This document shows positions 58,631 through 64,000 of a stretch of DNA of 64,000 nt, in pieces. Under the pieces are notes generated by a model. That model did no database searches. It saw nothing but the letters and a program-made list of their open reading frames with translations, and was not told where the DNA came from. The number at the start of each line of letters is the position of its first letter. The stretch's first letter is position 1. Source of the stretch: Candidatus Omnitrophota bacterium (GTDB lineage: Bacteria; Omnitrophota; Gorgyraeia; Gygaellales; Profunditerraquicolaceae). The stretch lies in contig JAQUPI010000001.1 in assembly GCA_028716705.1 (NCBI GenBank), positions 65,614-129,613 on the forward strand. Direction: 5' to 3'. Made by a program: the position numbers and the translations under genes.

Positions 58631-59008
58631 ATGTTGAAATTCCTTAAATTATGGCCTCCGGTCTTTGCCTGGTGCGGTTTTATTTTTTATCTATCCAGTC
58701 TCCCGAATCTGGGCACGGGCTGGGGATATTGGGACCTGATATTGAGGAAGTTCGCTCATATGCTGGAATATTTTATCCTTGCCGCGCTCTTGTACCGCGC
58801 GTTCAAGGGTTCTTTTAAGTTTCCGGCTTTTCATTTAACGGTTTGGCCTTTGCTGCTTACATTCCTGTACGCAGTCTCAGATGAGGTCCATCAAGCATTC
58901 GTTCCAACGCGAGGGCCAAGTATCCAGGATGTGCTTGTCGATAGCGCAGGCATTATATTATTTTATATTTTCATCCGGAATAAAGCGGGAGCCGAAAATG
59001 TTGATTAA
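58631..59008 (+). CDS. VanZ-like membrane protein
   Basis: 125 aa, 3-4 TM. …[13 protein letters not shown]… and …[25 protein letters not shown]… look VanZ-like. Confidence 0.55.
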   Translation: MLKFLKLWPPVFAWCGFIFYLSSLPNLGTGWGYWDLILRKFAHMLEYFILAALLYRAFKGSFKFPAFHLTVWPLLLTFLYAVSDEVHQAFVPTRGPSIQDVLVDSAGIILFYIFIRNKAGAENVD

Positions 59009-59951
59009 AAATACCGAAATAAAGATCGTCCAGGCGGATATTACAGGGGTCAAAGCCGATGCTATCGTCAATGCCGCCAATAACAAATTAGTGATGGGGG
59101 GCGGGGTCGCCGGGGCGATAAAGAGAAAAGGCGGCAAGGCCATAGAAGAGGAAGCGGTGAAAAAAGGCCCGATAAAAATAGGAGAGGCGGTTTTTACTCA
59201 AGCCGGGTCTTTACCGGCCAAATACGTGATCCACGCGGCGACAATGGGCATGGATTTTGAAACGGATGAGGTAAAGGTCAGAGAATCCTGCAAAAACGCA
59301 CTTAAGGCCGCGGAGGATCTAAAGATAGATTCTATCGCTTTTCCCGCGTTAGGGTGCGGCACGGGCGGTTTTCCGCTCCTGGCTTCCGCCAAGATCATGG
59401 CTCAGGAGGTGTTCCGGCACATTAAGGAAGACGGATCAAAATTAAAAGAAGTCATATTCTGCCTTTATGACAAGGAAGCATTTGATACCTTTAATAAAGG
59501 CGCGATCGGTTATCTTGAATATATAATTTATAAATTGCAAAACGGCCCTTTTATCACGGTAGACGCGATAATCGAGGTTAACGGAGGGATCGTTATTATT
59601 GAAAGGAGCAATCCTCCTTTCGGTTTCGCGCTACCCGGAGGATTCGTGGATTACGGCGAAAGCCTTGAAGACGCGGTGAGAAGAGAGATGAAAGAGGAGA
59701 CGGGGCTGGATTTGGGCGATTTAATGCAGTTTCATGCCTATTCGCAGCCGGGGCGCGACCCGCGTTTCCACACGATCTGCGTTGTATTCCTTGCCAAGTC
59801 CGAAGGCAAGCCGAAGGCAGGAGACGATGCCGCCGGGTTAAAAGTGATAAAGCTGCAGGATATCTCCGGGTTGAAGTTCGCTTTTGACCACGGAAAGATC
59901 CTGGCGGATTATTTAGCGTATAAGGATGGGCGGGATCCTTTCCTGCCTTAG
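59006..59951 (+). CDS. Macro domain (ADP-ribose binding/processing) fused to Nudix hydrolase
   Basis: N-terminus …[22 protein letters not shown]… is a Macro signature. The C-terminus has the Nudix box [24 protein letters not shown]. Confidence 0.75.
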
Positions 59952-59975
59952 GCCTTTAAATTTCCGAGATCCGCG

Positions 59976-60212
59976 TTATTTGTGTTTTTTGAACGCCTTG
60001 TGTAATCCCCATGCCGCCATGCCTACGGTGAAAAGCGCCGCTGAAAGCGGTTCGGGATTGACGGTAACGCCGGCGCCAGGAGCGCCTACGCCTCCGGAAA
60101 CATCGCTCGCGCTCAAACCTGTCGCGGAATCTTCTTTACACCCGGCGGTGATCATAAGGGCGCAAAAGAAGATCAAGAACGAAAGCTTTTTTAGTGTGTT
60201 GCTCATACGCAC
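59976..60212 (-). CDS. Small secreted lipoprotein with PEP-CTERM-like sorting signal
   Basis: RBS AGGAGG. Lipobox ITAGC. C-terminus VNPEPLSAALFTVGMAAWGLHKAFKKHK (PEP + hydrophobic stretch + basic tail). Confidence 0.5.
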   Translation of the reverse strand: MRMSNTLKKLSFLIFFCALMITAGCKEDSATGLSASDVSGGVGAPGAGVTVNPEPLSAALFTVGMAAWGLHKAFKKHK

Positions 60213-60406
60213 CTCCTTTTGAAACCTATTTTAAGCGGAATCACGTATATGTAAATTGCCGACTTCCGCTTCTTTCTGACTTTTTTCTACCTTTTTACCT
60301 TTTTCCATCTTCAAATGGGAAGTTCCGCCGGGGACATATGAAGGAATAGAAGCGCTGTTAACAAAAATCCTCCAAAGCGCTTTGTTAAAAAAAATCAATT
60401 TTAGAC

Positions 60407-60436
60407 TTGACAATAAATCTCCGTCGAGACTAAAAT
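60407..60436 (+). promoter_or_regulatory. Sigma70-like promoter upstream of yjbQ-like gene
   Basis: TTGACA - 18 nt - TAAAAT. Confidence 0.4.
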
Positions 60437-60476
60437 ATACCAAAGATCGAAAGGTGGAAAATAGAGGCAAGCGCAA

Positions 60477-60893
60477 ATGAAGTCTTATACCCAATATTTA
60501 TGGTTTAATACCAAGAACCGGCAGGAGTTCATTAATATAACTCCCCAGGTGGAAGAGGCGCTTAAAAAAAGCGCGGTCAGGGAAGGTTTTTGCCTTATCA
60601 ACGCGATGCACATAACAAGCTCTGTTTTTATCAATGATGATGAGCCCGGCCTGCACAGCGATTTCGGCGGTTGGCTGGAGAAGCTGGCGCCGTATGGTAA
60701 GGAAATATACAAGCATAACTTAAGCGGAGAGGATAACGGCGATGCCCATTTGAAAAGGACGGTAATGGGCAGGGAAGCCGTTGTCGCGATCACCAACGGC
60801 AAGCTGGATTTTGGCCCCTGGGAACAGATATTTTACGGCGAATTCGACGGCCGCCGCAAAAAGCGGGTCTTAATTAAGATTATCGGGGAATGA
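60477..60893 (+). CDS. yjbQ: YjbQ/UPF0047 family (secondary thiamine-phosphate synthase-like) protein
   Basis: 138 aa. …[28 protein letters not shown]…[18 protein letters not shown]… are YjbQ family features. Confidence 0.75.
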   Translation: MKSYTQYLWFNTKNRQEFINITPQVEEALKKSAVREGFCLINAMHITSSVFINDDEPGLHSDFGGWLEKLAPYGKEIYKHNLSGEDNGDAHLKRTVMGREAVVAITNGKLDFGPWEQIFYGEFDGRRKKRVLIKIIGE

Positions 60894-60905
60894 GGAGGGG
60901 GAACG

Positions 60906-61100
60906 ATGCCAATGTTCGTAGCTTTATGCGCCTTAGTGATCCTTTTGGGTTTTGAGATCCGCTACCGAGAAATGGCCGAAGACATGGTTAAATTGAGGAC
61001 GCGGATAAATATATTGACCGAAGAGATCGCGCAGTTAAAGGAAGCGATGAAACTGAAGAAGAACGCTTTTGAAGAGTACAATAAACCGATAACAGAGTAA
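60906..61100 (+). CDS. Small TM + coiled-coil protein (hypothetical)
   Basis: 64 aa. RBS GAGGAGGGGG. One TM followed by a charged helix. Confidence 0.3.
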   Translation: MPMFVALCALVILLGFEIRYREMAEDMVKLRTRINILTEEIAQLKEAMKLKKNAFEEYNKPITE

Positions 61101-61134
61101 ACTTTCTCGAGATCTCTCCTGAGACAGGATCCGC

Positions 61135-63015
61135 TCATCCTTCCCGCAGCTGTTTTTCGGCGTCGACGATATCGCGGTTGATGACGCGGATGGTTTCCTT
61201 GATCTTGTCTTTGAGGATGTAAGAGGCGACTTTGGCGTCCTTGATCTCTCTTAGTATCTGCACCGCCATCCTGAAGTAACGCACCACTTCCCCTTCGTCG
61301 GTGTCCGTGAACTGCAGGGTCTTTTCGAAATTTGTGCCCCGCAGCCATGCCTCGATCCCGGTGCTAAGATGAAAATAAGGGATCTTGCTTACCGGGTAGA
61401 TCCGGTATTTTACCTCCCATGATTTTATCCTGTCGTAAATCTCTTCGCATTCTCTTTTTATCCTGCGCGCGTTTTTAGAGACGCTGGGCATATGTTGATT
61501 TTTGCGCGGTTCAAAGACCGTTGCCACCGCGATGATCCCAAGGCCGAATTCGTCCACCTGCTCGAGGATATTCTCATCGTATAGCTCAGAAAGGATCAGT
61601 TCGTGCCCGTATACCGTTTTGGCAAATTCACCTTTCTTGGTCAGGGTATCGTTGTGAATGTAGTTTAATTCCCGAAGAAGCTTTAACTTTGCCTCGATCA
61701 GCCTCAAGGCTTCTCTTTGTTCATGCTTACGCGACTGAAAATAATGCAGGGATAAAGGATAGATCTTGTAAATATTCTCTTTATGTTTTTCATATAAGTT
61801 CAGGATAGTGGCATAAGAGGAATTCAGCTGGCTCCTTACTTCTTCCGGCCTGCCGTATATCACGCGTTTGACTTCGTCATAACCGATCATCGCCGGATTG
61901 ATCCGGCAATAAACAAAACCCTCCTTATCGATCCCCCGCCTTCCTGCGCGCCCGGCCATTTGATAAAAGTCCCGGGTTTTCAGGTTCCTTACGTAACGGC
62001 CGTAGAACTTTCTTAATCCGTCGAAGATCACCGTGCGGCTGGGCATATTTATCCCTAACGCGAATGTCTCCGTAGTGAAGATGACCTTGATCAGCTTGCT
62101 GGTAAACAGCCGTTCGATCACTTCTTTAAGGGTAGGCAACATGCCTGCGTGGTGATAGGCAATCCCTTTTTCTATCAAAGGATATAATGATTGTGTGGAA
62201 CGGTCATTCTTTAAGTCATAGCGCTCGCAAAGCGATTCGTAAAGGCGCAGGATTTTGTGCCGCTCCTCTCTATCGAGAAAGTCGTAAGCGCGCAGCTCTT
62301 CCGCCAGGTCCTCGGCTCTTCTTCTCCCAAAGACAAAATATATGCAGGGGAGGGCTTCTTTTTGGCGCAGATAATTGATGAGGCTTGTCATCTTGTTCTG
62401 CCTGCCGCTTCTGCCTATCCTTTTCATATATTCAAGATTGTCGATGATCTCATTGCGGCATTGGAAGAAAAAATGCAAAGGCACCGGCCTTTTCTCCTCG
62501 ATCACCGTCCGGACAGGCTTGTTATGGACGGATTGGATCCATTCCGCCAATTTGCTGATATTGGGTATGGTCGCCGAGAGCGCCAGCACATTCATATGTT
62601 TCGGCAAAAAGATGAGGGATTCTTCCCAGACTGTGCCGCGCTCGGGGTTGTCGATATAATGGACTTCGTCAAAGATGACCCAGGAATATCTTTCCAGGCT
62701 CTGCGGCTCATCAAGGATTTTATTCCGGAATATCTCCGTAGTCATTATCAGCACAGGCGCCGAAGGGTTCAGGGAGACATCGCCGGTCAAAATACCGATA
62801 TTTTCGCCGAATTGTCCCTGGAAGTCCCTGAATTTCTGGTTTGAGAGGGCTTTGATTGGCGCCGTATAAACTACGCCTAAGTTATTTTGGATAGAGTTAG
62901 CGAGGATATGTTCGGCGATCGCGGTTTTTCCCGCGCCGGTGGGCGCGGAGACGATCACGGAAAAGCCCTGGTTGATATAGTCTATAGCTTCTTGTTGAAA
63001 GCGGTCGTAAATCAT
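61135..63015 (-). CDS. Ski2-like (HelY/Mtr4-type) DEAD/DEAH-box SF2 helicase
   Basis: Walker A APTGAGKT, DEVH box, and …IAYHHAGMLPTLKEVIERLFTSKLIKVIFTTETFALGINMPSRTVIF…, which is the Ski2 family signature region. Confidence 0.8.
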   Translation of the reverse strand: MIYDRFQQEAIDYINQGFSVIVSAPTGAGKTAIAEHILANSIQNNLGVVYTAPIKALSNQKFRDFQGQFGENIGILTGDVSLNPSAPVLIMTTEIFRNKILDEPQSLERYSWVIFDEVHYIDNPERGTVWEESLIFLPKHMNVLALSATIPNISKLAEWIQSVHNKPVRTVIEEKRPVPLHFFFQCRNEIIDNLEYMKRIGRSGRQNKMTSLINYLRQKEALPCIYFVFGRRRAEDLAEELRAYDFLDREERHKILRLYESLCERYDLKNDRSTQSLYPLIEKGIAYHHAGMLPTLKEVIERLFTSKLIKVIFTTETFALGINMPSRTVIFDGLRKFYGRYVRNLKTRDFYQMAGRAGRRGIDKEGFVYCRINPAMIGYDEVKRVIYGRPEEVRSQLNSSYATILNLYEKHKENIYKIYPLSLHYFQSRKHEQREALRLIEAKLKLLRELNYIHNDTLTKKGEFAKTVYGHELILSELYDENILEQVDEFGLGIIAVATVFEPRKNQHMPSVSKNARRIKRECEEIYDRIKSWEVKYRIYPVSKIPYFHLSTGIEAWLRGTNFEKTLQFTDTDEGEVVRYFRMAVQILREIKDAKVASYILKDKIKETIRVINRDIVDAEKQLREG

Positions 63016-63022
63016 ATTCTTA

Positions 63023-63111
63023 GTAACTAGTAAAATAGTAACGAGTAACTAGTAATTTTTTTCAGTTTTTAGCTCTGATTACCAGTTACTAGTTACTGGA
63101 TTACTAGTTAC
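63023..63111. repeat. Array of four copies of 11-mer GTAACTAGTAA (two direct, 30-nt gap, two inverted) in the helicase promoter region
   Basis: GTAACTAGTAA at 63023-33 and 63045-55. Its reverse complement TTACTAGTTAC at 63086-96 and 63101-11. Each copy has an ACTAGT palindromic core. Confidence 0.6.
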
Positions 63112-63167
63112 TTATTATATTCTAAAATTATTGATTTATCCACGCAAAAAGTGTAAAATAATGCTCA

Positions 63168-63719
63168 ATGGGTTACGAGATCGCGCTGAACAAAGCCTGG
63201 GAGGAGTTAGCCAAGCTTAAGCCTGGGAATGCTCTATCAGTCAAGTTGCTTGGCGATGAATATTCCGTGGATTTCGGGCAAAAAAAGGTGCTTTCCCTCG
63301 CTTGTAACGCCCCCGCCAAAGATTTTACCGCGATATTGGTTCTGCACTTTCTGGCAAAAAAACTGAAAGGCCTGCCTTCTTTAACCGGCGAGTGGCTTTC
63401 ATTTAAAGAATTATCCGGGATAGAAGGTTACTATCCGGCTTTTAGAAAAAGGTCTATTGAGCCGATAATCAGAAAATACGGGAATCACCCCGACGCTTTG
63501 CTGGCGGTTTTAGAGAGGATGCCGGGCAAAAGGATAGACCAGGGGGATGTGGGGATCGTCCTGGAAGCCTTTGAGGGGGTGCCGGTGTTGGTTGAGCTTT
63601 GGCGCGGAGACGATGAATTTGGGCCGGAAGCGAATATACTCTTTGATAAAAGCATTACCGGGATATTCTGTACCGAAGACATTGTGGTTTTGGCGGGTTT
63701 TGTAGGCGGTTTATTATGA
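63168..63719 (+). CDS. Hypothetical protein (DUF3786-like, tentative)
   Basis: 183 aa soluble, no clear catalytic motif. The family call rests on overall resemblance only. Confidence 0.45.
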   Translation: MGYEIALNKAWEELAKLKPGNALSVKLLGDEYSVDFGQKKVLSLACNAPAKDFTAILVLHFLAKKLKGLPSLTGEWLSFKELSGIEGYYPAFRKRSIEPIIRKYGNHPDALLAVLERMPGKRIDQGDVGIVLEAFEGVPVLVELWRGDDEFGPEANILFDKSITGIFCTEDIVVLAGFVGGLL

Positions 63720-64000
63720 AAAAGACAGTCGTTTTATTGATCGCGATTTTGGTATTGCCTTTTTTAGTTTTGGCGGGAGAAAAGTTCAGGCTGCATAACA
63801 CTGGGGCCTGGAAACTCAGCCTTCCGTTTGGCAAATCCCATAATTACGCGGATATCCTCGTAAGCCGCGTTGTTGACGGAGATACCCTGCAGCTTGAGAG
63901 CGGTGAAAAAGTGCGCCTTATAGGGATAGATACGCCCGAGGTTCACGAGTCCAATAAATTGCGCAGGGATTCCGAGAAGATGGGCGGTGATAAGCGCGCC
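63717..64000 (+). CDS. Secreted thermonuclease (SNase-like), 3' end truncated by window edge
   Basis: Signal peptide, then …VVDGDTLQLESGEKVRLIGIDTPE…, the staphylococcal-nuclease-like signature. Confidence 0.6.

Noticed and set aside
63023-63111. CRISPR array
   Set aside because: There are only four 11-bp units. Two are inverted relative to the others, there are no uniform spacers and no cas genes. I interpret it as an operator or inverted-repeat element.

Overview
This 64 kb window reads as a chromosomal segment from an anaerobic, hydrogen- and ferredoxin-metabolising bacterium, with gene-dense, operon-style packing and many ATGA/overlapping stop-starts. I assigned functions from motifs I could read directly in the six-frame translations.

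Main contents:
- 1-11.3 kb: a group 4 (energy-converting, Mbh/Ech-like) [NiFe] hydrogenase operon. The catalytic module (NuoH-, NuoB-, NuoC-, NuoD-like) comes first, then a PhoU-like gene, then nine Mrp/Mnh antiporter-like subunits, then a NuoI-like ferredoxin. Both Cys pairs of the Ni-Fe site are intact.
- 11.3-13.5 kb: MFS transporter, peptidoglycan-binding lipoprotein, YdjM-like membrane protein.
- 13.5-16.8 kb: a class I c-di-GMP (GEMM) riboswitch with an intrinsic terminator leads a gene for a cNMP-binding / degenerate ParA-MinD-like / patatin phospholipase. A lipoprotein, a MazG-like NTP pyrophosphohydrolase and a PC4/YdbC-like protein follow. This is my best candidate for an undescribed signalling or effector system.
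- 16.8-22.8 kb: Na+-dependent NSS transporter, lipoprotein, PssA, tRNA-Phe, Wzx flippase, GH1 beta-glucosidase.
- 22.9-27.8 kb: trehalose island with a membrane sensor-HAMP-OtsA fusion, OtsB, an unknown protein and TreT.
- 27.8-28.7 kb: cold-shock protein; tRNA-Thr followed by a 33-bp duplicate of its own 3' end after a hairpin-rich 147 bp spacer.
- 29.9-34.7 kb: Rnf complex in the order rnfC-G-D-E-A-B, then purN.
- 35.3-39.6 kb: FtsH paralogue, enolase, FtsB-like, initiator-type tRNA-Met.
- 40.6-52.4 kb: purine operon purB, purS-S-L fusion, LOG, purQ, purF, purM, Yip1-pilin-like fusion, SPFH, purD, purE.
- 52.3-64 kb: a Bacillus-like ywlC-ywlE-rpiB-glyA block (with a YrdC-LMW-PTP fusion), dCMP deaminase, nrdR, DUF151, CCA enzyme, Nth, VanZ, a Macro-Nudix fusion, a PEP-CTERM mini-protein, YjbQ, and a Ski2-like helicase preceded by an 11-mer repeat array.

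An identical AAGTCRC-type heptanucleotide tandem repeat sits in-frame inside both rnfC and purD. I found no CRISPR array, reverse transcriptase, integrase or transposase.
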